From contig CACFYB010000003.1 in the NCBI GenBank assembly GCA_902570425.1, positions 82,134 to 146,133 of the forward strand: a stretch of 64,000 bases of DNA, given 5' to 3'. Numbering within the stretch: the first letter of the stretch is position 1; each line of letters opens with the position of its first letter. This stretch comes from an uncultured Pelagibacteraceae bacterium (lineage in GTDB: Bacteria > Pseudomonadota > Alphaproteobacteria > Pelagibacterales > Pelagibacteraceae). The notes under the pieces were generated by a model. It was not told the DNA's origin, did not search any database, and was given only the letters and a program-made list of their open reading frames with translations. Made by a program: the position numbers and the translations under genes. Of the stretch, positions 1-12,745 are shown piece after piece.

Positions 1-537
1 TCAATAGATAAATCAGTTCATAGTTTATTTGGTGTATCGAAAACTTCAGGTGACTTATTAACGCAAGAATTTGGAAAAAATTTTAAAATAAAAACAGGAA
101 TTTTCAGACTTGGCTGTATTACTGGAGAGAATCATGCTGGAGCAGAACTTCATGGTTTTCTAAGTTATCTTTTTAAAGTTATAAAAAATGGAAAAAAATA
201 TAAAATTTTTGGATATAAAGGCAAGCAAGTAAGAGACAATATTCACGCTAGAGATTTAGCAAATTGTTTTTGGAATTTTTATTTGAAACCAATGGCTGGT
301 GAAGTTTATAATATTGGAGGTGGAAGAAAAAACTCTTGTTCAATTTTAGAAGCTATAAAAATGATAGAAATGCAAACTAAAATGAAATTAAATTATGAGT
401 ATATAAATAAAAATAGAACAGGAGACCACATTTGGTATATTACCGATAACAGTAAATTTAAAAAACATTATCCAAAATGGAAAATAAGATATTCTTTAAA
501 AAAAATTATTAAAGAGATGGATGTTCATCACAGATAA
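1..537 (+). CDS. NAD-dependent sugar epimerase/dehydratase (CDP-tyvelose/paratose epimerase-like), 5'-truncated by window edge
   Basis: Frame 1 is open from base 1: SLFGVSK...FRLGCITG...GKQVRDNIH...GEVYNIGGG...RTGDHIWYITD, the extended-SDR C-terminal motifs. Confidence 0.8.
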   Translation, partial: SIDKSVHSLFGVSKTSGDLLTQEFGKNFKIKTGIFRLGCITGENHAGAELHGFLSYLFKVIKNGKKYKIFGYKGKQVRDNIHARDLANCFWNFYLKPMAGEVYNIGGGRKNSCSILEAIKMIEMQTKMKLNYEYINKNRTGDHIWYITDNSKFKKHYPKWKIRYSLKKIIKEMDVHHR

Positions 538-547
538 AAAATGATCT

Positions 548-637
548 GGAGAGATGGCCGAGTGGTTTAAGGCGCACGCTTGGAAAGTGTGTGTATCTTC
601 ATAGGTACCGTGGGTTCGAATCCCACTCTCTCCACCA
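548..637 (+). tRNA. tRNA-Ser(GGA)
   Basis: GGAGAGA/TCTCTCC acceptor, anticodon arm CACGC-TTGGAAA-GTGTG, long variable arm, GGTTCGAATCC, encoded CCA. Confidence 0.97.
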
Positions 638-764
638 GCATAATTTAAAATTGACTAATTAGCATTGAATTTAGGGGCTTATTTACCCTTTCAAATTTGA
701 TTATACGAATATAACTAAACAATTTTTTTTAAAAAATGGTATAATTATTTCTTTCCAATCTTAA

Positions 765-2831
<2,067 letters not shown>

Positions 2832-2833
2832 AA

Positions 2834-4114
2834 ATGAAGTTTTTTGAAACTTCTAGATATTATTCTTTAAAAAAATCTACCTATATAAATTTAAGGTGGA
2901 TCGGTATAATTGGTCAATTAATTTCTGTAAATTTAGTATTTTTTTATTTCGATTTTTACTTTGATTTTATTTTATCAAATTTAATTATTTTTTTAGGTGT
3001 TTTAAGTAATCTCTATCTAATTTTTATTTACAAAAAAACTCAATTATCAGAGAGATCTGCTTTATTATTCTTGATTATAGATATATTACAACTTGGTTCT
3101 TTAATATATTTAACAGGGGGTATAGCTAATCCTTTTATAATTTTTTTAATAATCCCGAGTGTATTTGCATCATCTAATTTAGGTTTTAGAACAAACTTGT
3201 TGTTGGTATTATTTACTACAGCATTAGTAATTTTTCTCTCTTTTTATTCTGAAAATTTACCATTTCCATTAGGAGACCACTATCATATTAGTCCTTACCT
3301 GCATTATTCTATCCCAATAGCTTTAATTATAGCCCTGTTTTTTTTGAATTATTTTGCAATTATTTTTGGCACTGAGTCACGATTAAGAAAAGAAGCTTTA
3401 AATAAAATGGAGGAAGTTATGGCTAAAGAGCATGAATTACTGTCTTTAGGTGGTCAAGCAGCAGCAGCAGCACATTCTTTAGGAACACCTCTCTCAACAA
3501 TAAAAATAATTACACATGAATTAACAAAACAATTAAAAGATCAAAAAGACGTGATACAAGATATATATTTATTATCAAGTCAAGTTGAGAGATGTAATCA
3601 AATATTAAAAAAACTTTCATTAAATCCTTCGCAAGAAGATGATTTTATTGATGAAGATCTATCTATAAGAGAATATTTAAATGAGATTATCAGATCTTTT
3701 AAAGAAACTAGCGATAAAGAATTTATCTTGAATTTATCACAAGACTCCAATCCTCAAAAAATTACTAAAAGTATAGAAATTGTTTACGGACTGAGAAATT
3801 TTATAGGAAATGCTAATAAATTTTCTAAAAGTAAAGTCTTTATTAATTTAAAAAGTGATAGTAGTACTACTGAAGTAGTGATTGAAGATGATGGAAATGG
3901 ATACCCATTTGAGATTTTAACGAAGATAGGAGAACCTTATCTGAAAACAAACAAAGGATCTAATGATAAAAATTCTGGTTTGGGCCTAGGAATTTTTATT
4001 GGTAAAACTTTACTAGAAAAAAATTTTGCAATAATCAATTGTAGAAATTCAAAAACTCGAGGTGGTGCTGAAGTAATTATTAAATGGAAAAATAAAGAGT
4101 TATTTAATATTTAG
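2834..4114 (+). CDS. regB: RegB/PrrB/ActS-family redox sensor histidine kinase
   Basis: N-terminal LRW plus TM helices, GGIANPF quinone motif, AAAAAH-LGTPL H-box, ERC redox Cys, DDGNG and GLGLG ATPase boxes. Confidence 0.9.
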   Translation: MKFFETSRYYSLKKSTYINLRWIGIIGQLISVNLVFFYFDFYFDFILSNLIIFLGVLSNLYLIFIYKKTQLSERSALLFLIIDILQLGSLIYLTGGIANPFIIFLIIPSVFASSNLGFRTNLLLVLFTTALVIFLSFYSENLPFPLGDHYHISPYLHYSIPIALIIALFFLNYFAIIFGTESRLRKEALNKMEEVMAKEHELLSLGGQAAAAAHSLGTPLSTIKIITHELTKQLKDQKDVIQDIYLLSSQVERCNQILKKLSLNPSQEDDFIDEDLSIREYLNEIIRSFKETSDKEFILNLSQDSNPQKITKSIEIVYGLRNFIGNANKFSKSKVFINLKSDSSTTEVVIEDDGNGYPFEILTKIGEPYLKTNKGSNDKNSGLGLGIFIGKTLLEKNFAIINCRNSKTRGGAEVIIKWKNKELFNI

Positions 4115-5916
4115 TGAAATTTTCTCTCTGTTTTAAATAAAGAGCTTAATTGAGATATCATCACATCACCAAGTTCGTTTACATCAGTAATTTTGATTGC
4201 TTTATTGTAGTATCTTGAAACATCATGGCCAATTCCTATAGCGAGAATTTCAATTTCGGTTTTATCCTCAATAAATTTTACCATTTTTTTTAGATGTTTT
4301 TCTAAAAAATCTCCAGAATTTACTGATAATGTAGAGTCATCAACTGGCGCGCCATCTGAAATAACCATAAGAATTTTTCTTTCCTCTTTCCTTTTTTTTA
4401 ATCTATTAAATGCCCATAATATAGCTTCACCGTCTATGTTTTCTTTTAATAAACCCTCTTTGAGCATAAGGCCTAAATTATTTTTTGCTTGACGCCATTG
4501 AGTATCCGCACTTTTATAAATAATATGTCTTAAATCATTTAATCTTCCTGGAGTTTTAGGCTTATTATTTTTATTCCAAAATTCTCTACTTTGACCACCT
4601 TTCCAATTTTTTGTAGTAAACCCAAGTATTTCAACTTTTACTGAGCATCTTTCTAAAGTTCTAGATAATATATCTGCACATAAAGCTGCTATAGTGATAG
4701 GTCTTCCCCGCATTGATCCTGAATTATCAATTAACAAAGTAACAATTGTATCCTTAAACTCTAAATCTTTTTCTTTTTTAAAAGATAAAGAATTATATGG
4801 ATCTATAATTATTCTTGGCAGTTTTGAACTATCAAGCAAACCTTCTTCTAAATCAAATTCCCAAGATCTATTTTGTTTTGCTAATAATTGTCTTTGCAGT
4901 TTGTTTGCTAGTTTTGTAATCAAATCTTGAAACCCGATTAGTTGTTGGTCTAATGTTTTTCTAAGTTTGTTTGTCTCTTCAAAGTTTTCTAATTTTTCTG
5001 CCTTTATTATTTCATCAAATTGATTTGTAAAAATTTTATAATCTAAATTTAAGTTATTTAGATTTTTCCTTTGCATGATTTCTTCTGAGCCATCTTTGTT
5101 TGTATCAGTATCCATTAATTGTTCATCGAGCTTAAGATCATCAATATTATAGTCTGCATCTACAGAGGCATCACTTTCCTCGTCATATTTTCCATCTTTT
5201 TGTTCATCGGTGTTATTTTCTTCATTATTTTCAGAAGATTTATTTTGTGTTTCGTCATCGTTTTCTTTTTGATTTTCGGTATCTTCAGTTTCAAAAATAT
5301 CCATTTTTTCAAGTATTTCTGAAAAACGAGTAGAGTAGATTTCTTGGTTTTCTATGTTTTTTTTTAAGAATTCAAGGTGTTTTGTAATTGACTGATCAAA
5401 TTCCTTTTCCCAAAAATTTAAAATTTTGTAAGACAAATCATTTAATTTAATACCATGAAAATTTTTAATCATATAGAGTTCAAATGCCTCTGATACTGGA
5501 ACATCATCTTTTGTTTTAAGTTGATCTTTTTTTTTTAAACTAATTATTTGGTCGTAATTATTCTTAAAATTTTTTTCTATTCCTTTAAGCATTTTCGTGC
5601 CTAATGACTCATACCTTATTCTTTCAGCTATTGAATAAAGCGATTTACAAGAGAAGTTTTTTGGCAAGTTTTTTTTATAAATTTCATTATTTGAAAATTT
5701 TTTTTTTAGTGCAGTAGAGTCTGCATCCGCTCTCGCTTTTATAAAATCGTATTTAGTATTTAAATTATCAAGTTCAAAAAAATCAATTTTTTTTGAGTTT
5801 TTATCTTTTTTTAAATTTTCATCTAAATTCAAATCATCTGAAATAACTTTTATAGTTGAAGTCAGAGCTTGTTGAAACTTTTCTTTAATATTAGAGGAAT
5901 TGTCTCGGTTACTCAT
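4111..5916 (-). CDS. cobT: CobT-like vWA protein
   Basis: Acidic linker, [44 protein letters not shown]. Confidence 0.92.
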   Translation of the reverse strand: MSNRDNSSNIKEKFQQALTSTIKVISDDLNLDENLKKDKNSKKIDFFELDNLNTKYDFIKARADADSTALKKKFSNNEIYKKNLPKNFSCKSLYSIAERIRYESLGTKMLKGIEKNFKNNYDQIISLKKKDQLKTKDDVPVSEAFELYMIKNFHGIKLNDLSYKILNFWEKEFDQSITKHLEFLKKNIENQEIYSTRFSEILEKMDIFETEDTENQKENDDETQNKSSENNEENNTDEQKDGKYDEESDASVDADYNIDDLKLDEQLMDTDTNKDGSEEIMQRKNLNNLNLDYKIFTNQFDEIIKAEKLENFEETNKLRKTLDQQLIGFQDLITKLANKLQRQLLAKQNRSWEFDLEEGLLDSSKLPRIIIDPYNSLSFKKEKDLEFKDTIVTLLIDNSGSMRGRPITIAALCADILSRTLERCSVKVEILGFTTKNWKGGQSREFWNKNNKPKTPGRLNDLRHIIYKSADTQWRQAKNNLGLMLKEGLLKENIDGEAILWAFNRLKKRKEERKILMVISDGAPVDDSTLSVNSGDFLEKHLKKMVKFIEDKTEIEILAIGIGHDVSRYYNKAIKITDVNELGDVMISQLSSLFKTERKFH

Positions 5917-6890
5917 TAAATTTGAATATTTATTAAAGACTCAGGCAGTTCTTCACCAAAACATCTCTGGTAATATTCGGCGATTATATTTTTTTCTATT
6001 TCATCACACTTATTTAAAAAAGTTACTCTAAAAGCATAACCAATATCTTTAAAAATTTCTGTATTTTCTGCCCAATGCAATACTGTTCTTGGACTCATAA
6101 CCGTAGATATATCTCCTGCAATGAAACCTTTTCTTGTTAATGATGCAACTTTAATCATATTAGCAATTTTTCCTTTTCCTTTTGCATTATTAAAATTTTT
6201 ATTCTTAGCTATGATTATTTCCATTTCTTTTTCAAGGCTTAGATAGTTTAAAGTTGAAACAATATTCCACCTGTCCATCTGACCTTGATTTATCTGTTGT
6301 GTTCCATGATATAAACCAGTTGTATCCCCAAGACCAATAGTATTTGAGGTAGCAAATAATCTAAAAAATTTATTTTGTTTTATTACTTTATTTTTATCAA
6401 GAAGTGTAAAGTTACCTTGTGCTTCCAAGACTCTTTGAATAACAAACATTACATCTGGTCTTCCGGCATCATATTCATCAAAAACTAAAGCTACGGGATT
6501 TTGTATTGACCAAGGCAAGATCCCCTCCTTAAATTCAGTAACTTGCTTACCATCTTTCAATATTATCGCATCTTTTCCAATAAGATCGATTCTACTTATG
6601 TGACTATCTAGATTAACTCTAACACATGGCCAATTTAGTCTGGCCGCTACTTGCTCTATATGAGTAGATTTTCCTGTTCCATGATATCCTTGAATTAAAA
6701 CTCTTTTGTTAAATGCAAATCCAGAAATAATTGCAAGTGTTGTGTCTTTATCAAATTTATAGTTTTTATCTATTTCAGGAACATATTCATTAGTTTTAGA
6801 AAAGGCATCTACCTCCATCTCAGAATCTATTCCAAAACTTTGCTTAATAGATATTTTAATATCTGGTATTATATTTAAATCAGGTGTCAA
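5916..6890 (-). CDS. cobS: CobS-like MoxR-type AAA+ ATPase
   Basis: [43 protein letters not shown]. Confidence 0.95.
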   Translation of the reverse strand: MTPDLNIIPDIKISIKQSFGIDSEMEVDAFSKTNEYVPEIDKNYKFDKDTTLAIISGFAFNKRVLIQGYHGTGKSTHIEQVAARLNWPCVRVNLDSHISRIDLIGKDAIILKDGKQVTEFKEGILPWSIQNPVALVFDEYDAGRPDVMFVIQRVLEAQGNFTLLDKNKVIKQNKFFRLFATSNTIGLGDTTGLYHGTQQINQGQMDRWNIVSTLNYLSLEKEMEIIIAKNKNFNNAKGKGKIANMIKVASLTRKGFIAGDISTVMSPRTVLHWAENTEIFKDIGYAFRVTFLNKCDEIEKNIIAEYYQRCFGEELPESLINIQI

Positions 6891-7407
6891 TTTTTTCTCT
6901 ATAAGTATTTTTAAGCTGTGTATATGCTAATGTAATTAGTTTTAATTTTTCTTCATATTTTTTATTACCAGAATTCATATCAGGGTGAAATTTTTTGACA
7001 AGCACTTTGAATTTTTCCTGAATTTTTTGCCACTTTAAACCCACTGAAATACCTAAAATGCTAAATGCCTTTATATCTTTGTGATTAAATTTAAATTGCC
7101 GCATGTGATTAAAGTCACTTTTTAATCGTTCCTTATCAAGCTCATCCTTTAAAGTATCGTTCCACAATATTTTAAAAAAATTGTCTGAAGAGCTAAAACT
7201 TTGAGTAGGTTTGTGCCAGGTCATATCCGATTTTAAAAAATTCATAATTTGATCGTCACTCATACCTGAAAAGTAATTCCAGTTTTTGTTAAATTCTTTG
7301 ATATGTTCCAAACATAACATTCTATATTTTTTACTATTATCTTTTTCTACAGGGGCTTTAAATTCACCTATTTCTTTACAATTTTTCCAATTACAAATAT
7401 TTTTCAT
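6880..7407 (-). CDS. J-domain (DnaJ-like) protein with N-terminal Cys/His motif
   Basis: C-x4-C...CLEH...WNYF N-terminus, C-terminal HPD motif; usual neighbour of cobS/bolA. Confidence 0.85.
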   Translation of the reverse strand: MKNICNWKNCKEIGEFKAPVEKDNSKKYRMLCLEHIKEFNKNWNYFSGMSDDQIMNFLKSDMTWHKPTQSFSSSDNFFKILWNDTLKDELDKERLKSDFNHMRQFKFNHKDIKAFSILGISVGLKWQKIQEKFKVLVKKFHPDMNSGNKKYEEKLKLITLAYTQLKNTYREKIDT

Positions 7408-7423
7408 GATATAAATTATATAT

Positions 7424-7684
7424 ATGGATATAAATCAACTAATTGCAATTGTAAAAAAAAAATTACAAGACCAAATTCAGTTGGAAAGTTTATCTATAGA
7501 GGATAAATCTTTTATTCATAAAAATCACAGAAATAACCAACCAAATAAATTTCATTTGAAAATTTCTTTAGAATCGAAAGAATTAAAGCAACTTAGTAAA
7601 ATTGATAGAAATAAAAAAGTTTATAAGATTTTAGATAAAGAGATTAAAGAATTTATTCATTCGTTACAAATCTTAATTAACTAA
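7424..7684 (+). CDS. bolA: BolA family protein
   Basis: IEDKSFIHKNH...HLKI...IHSLQI; conserved position beside J-domain/cobS. Confidence 0.85.
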   Translation: MDINQLIAIVKKKLQDQIQLESLSIEDKSFIHKNHRNNQPNKFHLKISLESKELKQLSKIDRNKKVYKILDKEIKEFIHSLQILIN

Positions 7685-8776
7685 TTCTTTAATTAAAAAT
7701 CTTTTAAGTACACTTTGATCAAAATCTCTTATGATAGGGTTTCCAATTTTCTTAAGTAAAATTAAACTTATTTTTTTTGAATTATTTTTTTTATCATTGG
7801 ACATAAATGTTAATATTTTTTTCAAATCATCTTTTGAGAAATATTTTTTCAAATTATAAGGCAAATTTGAATTATGCGTGTGATTTTTAATTAAGTTATA
7901 TTCTTGATTTGATAAAAGCTTTTTTTCATTACTAAATCTTAACGCTGAATTCATTCCCAAGAGAACCGCTTCACCATGATTTAATTTTTTTGAATACCCA
8001 AACGTTGCTTCATATGCATGAGCAAAGGTATGACCAAAATTCAAAATTTTCCTTAAATTTTTTTCTTTTTCATCTTTTTCGATAGTAGTTTTTTTTATTA
8101 TACAGCTTTTGAATATTGCTAATTCGATAAAAGGAGATGAAAGATTTAAAATTTTTGAAAAATTTGTATTCAGAAACTTAAAAAATCTTTTATTTTGAAT
8201 TAAAGAGTGTTTTAAAATTTCACCATATCCACAAATTAATTCTCTTTTAGAAAGAGTTTTTAAAAACCCCATGTCACTTATTACTAATCTTGGTTGATAG
8301 AAACTTCCTATCAGATTTTTTCCAAATTTAGTATTAATTCCAGTTTTTCCTCCAATAGATGAGTCTACTTGTGCAAGAAGAGTTGTTGGTATATTTATGA
8401 ATTTAAGTCCCCTTTTAAAAATACTAGCTGCAAATGCACCTATATCTCCCGTAATGCCTCCACCAATAGTAATTAAACAATCAGTTCTTAAAAATTCATT
8501 TTTTAGTAAAATATTTAAAATAATATTTATTTTTTTTTGATTTTTGTTTTTTTCATTCGCGTTAATATAAAATAGAAAAATCTTTTTATTTCTTAAAGAT
8601 TTCTTAATTAATCGAATATTATTTTTTGGTATATTTTTGTCTATTATTAACAAACACTTTTCAAATTTAATTGAGTTTTGTTTTATTATTTTTCCAATAT
8701 TGGAAATTAAATTTGAACCTATAATGACTCGATAATTAAAATCATTTGTTTTAACTATTATTTTTTTTGTTTTCAT
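7673..8776 (-). CDS. aroB: 3-dehydroquinate synthase
   Basis: GGGITGD, PTTLLAQVDSSIGGKTG, LNFGHTFAHA, HGEAV. Confidence 0.96.
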   Translation of the reverse strand: MKTKKIIVKTNDFNYRVIIGSNLISNIGKIIKQNSIKFEKCLLIIDKNIPKNNIRLIKKSLRNKKIFLFYINANEKNKNQKKINIILNILLKNEFLRTDCLITIGGGITGDIGAFAASIFKRGLKFINIPTTLLAQVDSSIGGKTGINTKFGKNLIGSFYQPRLVISDMGFLKTLSKRELICGYGEILKHSLIQNKRFFKFLNTNFSKILNLSSPFIELAIFKSCIIKKTTIEKDEKEKNLRKILNFGHTFAHAYEATFGYSKKLNHGEAVLLGMNSALRFSNEKKLLSNQEYNLIKNHTHNSNLPYNLKKYFSKDDLKKILTFMSNDKKNNSKKISLILLKKIGNPIIRDFDQSVLKRFLIKELVN

Positions 8777-9275
8777 AAATATCTAAAACTTTTCTTGTGA
8801 TTTGTATTTTTTTTAAGTTATCACATTCTATTTTATATAAAGCTTTTGAATAGATGTTAGAACGTTTTTCAATTAAATCAAATAATTCAACTTTAGAAGA
8901 TTTTAAAGCTACAGGTCTTTTCACACTATTTGTAATTCTTTTAATAATTGTATCATTTTTCCATTTTAACCATATTGAAAAATGATTGCTTAAAATTTCA
9001 TTTCTAATATTTTTATTTAAAAAAGCTCCTCCTCCTAAAGCAACTACAACGTCTTTTTTTTTCAATATTCTTAATGTTATTTTTTCCTCAAATTCCCTAA
9101 AAAATTTTTCTCCTTTTTTTTCAAATATCTTCACAATACTCATTCCTAGTTCTTCCTCAATTTTTTGATCTGTATCAATAAAATTTAATTTTAATTTTTT
9201 GGAAACTAATGAGCCTATTGAGGTCTTGCCAGAACCCATCATACCTAAAAAAACAATATTTTTTTTTGATTTCAT
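8751..9275 (-). CDS. aroK: Shikimate kinase (start trimmed to MKSKKNIVFLG)
   Basis: GMMGSGKT P-loop, DTD, FREFE, ALGGG, RP. Confidence 0.93.
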   Translation of the reverse strand: MKSKKNIVFLGMMGSGKTSIGSLVSKKLKLNFIDTDQKIEEELGMSIVKIFEKKGEKFFREFEEKITLRILKKKDVVVALGGGAFLNKNIRNEILSNHFSIWLKWKNDTIIKRITNSVKRPVALKSSKVELFDLIEKRSNIYSKALYKIECDNLKKIQITRKVLDIYENKKNNS

Positions 9276-9332
9276 AAGTTTCTTTATTGAAAAAACACAA
9301 ATATGTCTTAATTTGAAATTAACTAAATTTAT

Positions 9333-9512
9333 ATGCAATTTATAAAAAAAACAAGTTCGAGAACAAATTATTTAAGCCTGATTGTAAAGATAGCGTTGTT
9401 TGTAGTTGCAGTTTTCGCAATTGTTTTTTTACTTAATAAAATTGATTTTCCAGCTCCCAATAAAGAAATTGAAAAAATAATTCCAAATGAAAATTTTAAG
9501 ATTATTAAATAA
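9333..9512 (+). CDS. Small single-TM protein, 59 aa (not in ORF track)
   Basis: Hand translation MQFIKKTSSRTNYLSLIVKIALFVVAVFAIVFLLNKIDFPAPNKEIEKIIPNENFKIIK; fills the gap and overlaps the next start. Confidence 0.7.
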   Translation: MQFIKKTSSRTNYLSLIVKIALFVVAVFAIVFLLNKIDFPAPNKEIEKIIPNENFKIIK

Positions 9513-11265
9513 AAAAATTTTTGTAAGTGTATTTATTTTTATAACCTTTATTTTTAAAACGACTCTTTACACAGAGGAAAAACCAGTTGATATATGGAAT
9601 GTCGATGAAACAAAAAAAGATCAATCACTTGATGATAATAAGATTTTAGAAACAAATAATAATATTGATACAAATAACGAAACTGATATTTATAATCTAC
9701 AAACCGATGATAAAATTCTTGAGATAAAACTTGACGAAGTTTTAGAGTCTAAGGAAGTAAAAATTGTGGGTTTATATGACCCAGAAGATTATGGATTAGA
9801 TATCAATATGTGGTCCGAATCCGATGGTGAACAATTAAAAAATCTTTTTTCAAATATAAATAAAATTGATCTCTCTGATGATGCTGCAGAAATTATGAAT
9901 ATATCCATACTAACTAATTCTTATTATCCAGAAAAAAATATTTCAGAGGAAGAATTTTTGAAATACAAATCACAATGGTTAGTCAAAAACTCTAACCTAG
10001 ATTTAATTGAAGAATATTTAATAAAGAACCAAATTATAAATAAACATCCAATTTTAACAAAGTTTTTAGTAAATGAATATTTGTCACAATCTAATTTAGA
10101 TAAAGCATGTGAATTTTTTTCTAAAAATGTTAAACCTTTGTCAGATGAATATCTAATTAAATTTAATATTTATTGTTTAGTTAATGAAAAAAAAGAAGAA
10201 GAGGCACAATTAATTTTAGACTTGAAAAAAGAATTGGGTTTCAAAGATGAGTATTTTGAAAAAAAGATTAATTTTTTATTTGGTTATAATAAAGAATTAG
10301 ACAAAACAATCTCTGAAAAATCTATCTTAGATTTTCATTTAGCGCATAGAACCAATCCAGAATTTTTCTTCGAACCTAATAATTCTACGTCAAAAATAAT
10401 ATGGAAGTATCTTTCATCATCAAATTTATTATATGACACACAAAAATTTGATATGACTGAATTAGACAAAATCTCTACTATAGAAAAAGCTGTACATAAT
10501 AGAAATTATCCAGAAAAAGATCTTTATGAAATATATAAAAGATTTCAATTCAATATTAATCAATTACTAAATGCAAAAGATTCTTATAAATCTTTATCAT
10601 TGATAGAAGGAAGAGCACTTTTATACCAAAAAATTTTATTGGAGTCCGAAACTGGTAAAAAATTAGATTTAATTAGTACATTAAAGGAATCCTTTAAAAA
10701 AGAAAATATAAATAATGCTTTTGATAATGAACTTAGAAATCTTTTGGAGGACATTAATCCTTCAGCTGTGCCATCTAATTTTACACGTTTTTATCAAAAT
10801 AATATCAAAAAGAGTGAAAATGAAAATAAGAAGATAAAGTTTAATAATGATATTTTGCATCAATCAAAATTAGTAAATTATTTTAATGGAGATTATGCAA
10901 AATCAAAAATTGAAAAAGATGTTAATAATTTTTTAAAAAAGATAAAAAAGAATAAAAAATATTTTTTTTCAAAAAAAGATGTAATTTTTTTAGAGTCATT
11001 AAAGTCAGATGGTATTCAAATTTCCAAAAAATATGACGACTTATATGAAATTGATCAAAATGAAATACCTTCAGATATACAATTAATGATTAGTAATGAT
11101 GAATTGGGAGCGGCATTATTAAGAATTGTTCAGGTGATAGGACAAGATGATGTAGATATAATTGATGCAGATACAATGTATTTTATTATAAGCACTTTAA
11201 ATCAATTAAATGTAGATTTTATTAGAAATAAGATTTTACTTAAAGTTCTTCCTTTAAAAGTTTAA
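9487..11265 (+). CDS. Hypothetical exported/membrane-anchored helical protein, 592 aa
   Basis: Long ORF, N-terminal hydrophobic segment then PVDIW, GLYDP...GL...MW; no family recognised with confidence. Confidence 0.75.
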   Translation: MKILRLLNKKIFVSVFIFITFIFKTTLYTEEKPVDIWNVDETKKDQSLDDNKILETNNNIDTNNETDIYNLQTDDKILEIKLDEVLESKEVKIVGLYDPEDYGLDINMWSESDGEQLKNLFSNINKIDLSDDAAEIMNISILTNSYYPEKNISEEEFLKYKSQWLVKNSNLDLIEEYLIKNQIINKHPILTKFLVNEYLSQSNLDKACEFFSKNVKPLSDEYLIKFNIYCLVNEKKEEEAQLILDLKKELGFKDEYFEKKINFLFGYNKELDKTISEKSILDFHLAHRTNPEFFFEPNNSTSKIIWKYLSSSNLLYDTQKFDMTELDKISTIEKAVHNRNYPEKDLYEIYKRFQFNINQLLNAKDSYKSLSLIEGRALLYQKILLESETGKKLDLISTLKESFKKENINNAFDNELRNLLEDINPSAVPSNFTRFYQNNIKKSENENKKIKFNNDILHQSKLVNYFNGDYAKSKIEKDVNNFLKKIKKNKKYFFSKKDVIFLESLKSDGIQISKKYDDLYEIDQNEIPSDIQLMISNDELGAALLRIVQVIGQDDVDIIDADTMYFIISTLNQLNVDFIRNKILLKVLPLKV

Positions 11266-11290
11266 AAATTTTAATAGAATACTTTATAAA

Positions 11291-11809
11291 ATGGCTATTA
11301 AAACTATACTCACAGAACCAAATCAATTACTTAGACAAGTATCAAGGCCAGTAGAAAAGGTTTCACAAGAAATCCAAAACTTAATGGATGACATGCTAGA
11401 TACTATGTACTCAGCTAATGGTATAGGTCTCGCTGCTATTCAAATTGGAGTACCAAAAAGAATAATTGTTATTGATATAGGTAAAGATAAAGAAAAAAAA
11501 GAACCCCAATATTTTGTAAATCCTATTATTAAAAATACAAATTCAATTTTATCTACTTATGAAGAGGGATGCCTATCAGTTCCTAATCAATTTGCGGAAA
11601 TTGATAGACCAAGTAAATGTGAGGTCGAATATTTAGATTATAATGGAGAAAAAAAATTATTAAAGGCAGAAGGTTTACTAGCTACTTGCATTCAACATGA
11701 AATGGACCATCTTGAGGGAATACTTTTTATTGATTATTTATCAAAATTAAAAAAATCTATGATTATTAAAAAACTATCTAAAAATAAATCTAATCGGATA
11801 GTTGTTTAG
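11291..11809 (+). CDS. def: Peptide deformylase
   Basis: GIGLAAIQ, EGCLS, QHEMDHL. Confidence 0.97.
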   Translation: MAIKTILTEPNQLLRQVSRPVEKVSQEIQNLMDDMLDTMYSANGIGLAAIQIGVPKRIIVIDIGKDKEKKEPQYFVNPIIKNTNSILSTYEEGCLSVPNQFAEIDRPSKCEVEYLDYNGEKKLLKAEGLLATCIQHEMDHLEGILFIDYLSKLKKSMIIKKLSKNKSNRIVV

Positions 11810-11812
11810 TAA

Positions 11813-12745
11813 ATGTCAAAAAAAATTATCTTTATGGGAACACCATATTTTTCAGTTCCTATTTTAAAATCATTATATCAAAATGGGTATCCAATTTCTG
11901 TTGTTTATACTCAACCACCTCAAAAATCCCACAGAGGGCAAAAAATTAATAAATCTCCTATTCAAAGTATTTCTGAAACACTAAATATAGATTTTAGAAC
12001 CCCAAATACTTTTAAAGATAATCAAGAAGAATATGAATTTTTAAAAAAGTTAAACGCTGATCTCGCAATAGTTGTTGCGTATGGTCAAATTATTCCAAAA
12101 GAATTTTTTAATTTAACTAAAAAAGGTTTTATTAATATTCATGCTTCAATACTTCCTTATTGGCGAGGAGCAGCTCCAATTCAAAGATCAATTATGAATT
12201 TAGATAATGAGACGGGAGTAAGTATTATGAAAATTTCAGAGGAATTAGATAGTGGACCTGTTAGCAATATTTACAAGATAAAAATAGATCATAATCAAAA
12301 TGCTCAAGAAATTTCAGAAAAACTGTCATTTCTGGCAGCAGAAAAAATTTTAGATAATATAGATAGTATACTTGATAATAACGTAAAATTTATTGAGCAA
12401 GATCATTCAAAAGCTACTTATGCGAAAAAAATTGATAAGAAAGAATCGCAGATTGACTGGAATTGCGAGGCTATAAAAATTATTGGAAAAATAAATGGGC
12501 TTTGTCCTGACCCTGGTGCTTTTTTCAGTTTTAATGGTGAAAGATATAAAGTTTTGAAAGCAGAGATTGGCAACGGAATTGGTAAAATTGGTGAAGTAAT
12601 TTCAGATCAGTTAGAGATTGCTTGTAATAATAATCAATCTATTAAAATACTTGAAATTCAAAGACAAGGAAAAAGACCACAAAAAATTAGTGAATTCATG
12701 TTGGGCTCCCAAATTAAAAAGGGCTCAAAGTTATTAAATGTTTAG
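11813..12745 (+). CDS. fmt: Methionyl-tRNA formyltransferase
   Basis: FMGTP, VVAYGQI, NIHASILP-WRGAAPIQR, LDSG. Confidence 0.97.
   Translation: MSKKIIFMGTPYFSVPILKSLYQNGYPISVVYTQPPQKSHRGQKINKSPIQSISETLNIDFRTPNTFKDNQEEYEFLKKLNADLAIVVAYGQIIPKEFFNLTKKGFINIHASILPYWRGAAPIQRSIMNLDNETGVSIMKISEELDSGPVSNIYKIKIDHNQNAQEISEKLSFLAAEKILDNIDSILDNNVKFIEQDHSKATYAKKIDKKESQIDWNCEAIKIIGKINGLCPDPGAFFSFNGERYKVLKAEIGNGIGKIGEVISDQLEIACNNNQSIKILEIQRQGKRPQKISEFMLGSQIKKGSKLLNV

Noticed and set aside
3458-3472. (GCA)5 microsatellite
   Set aside because: It simply encodes the conserved poly-Ala of the RegB H-box
9276-9338. N-terminal extension of AroK in the ORF track
   Set aside because: It overlaps the divergent promoter region and small ORF; homology starts at MKSKKNIVFLG
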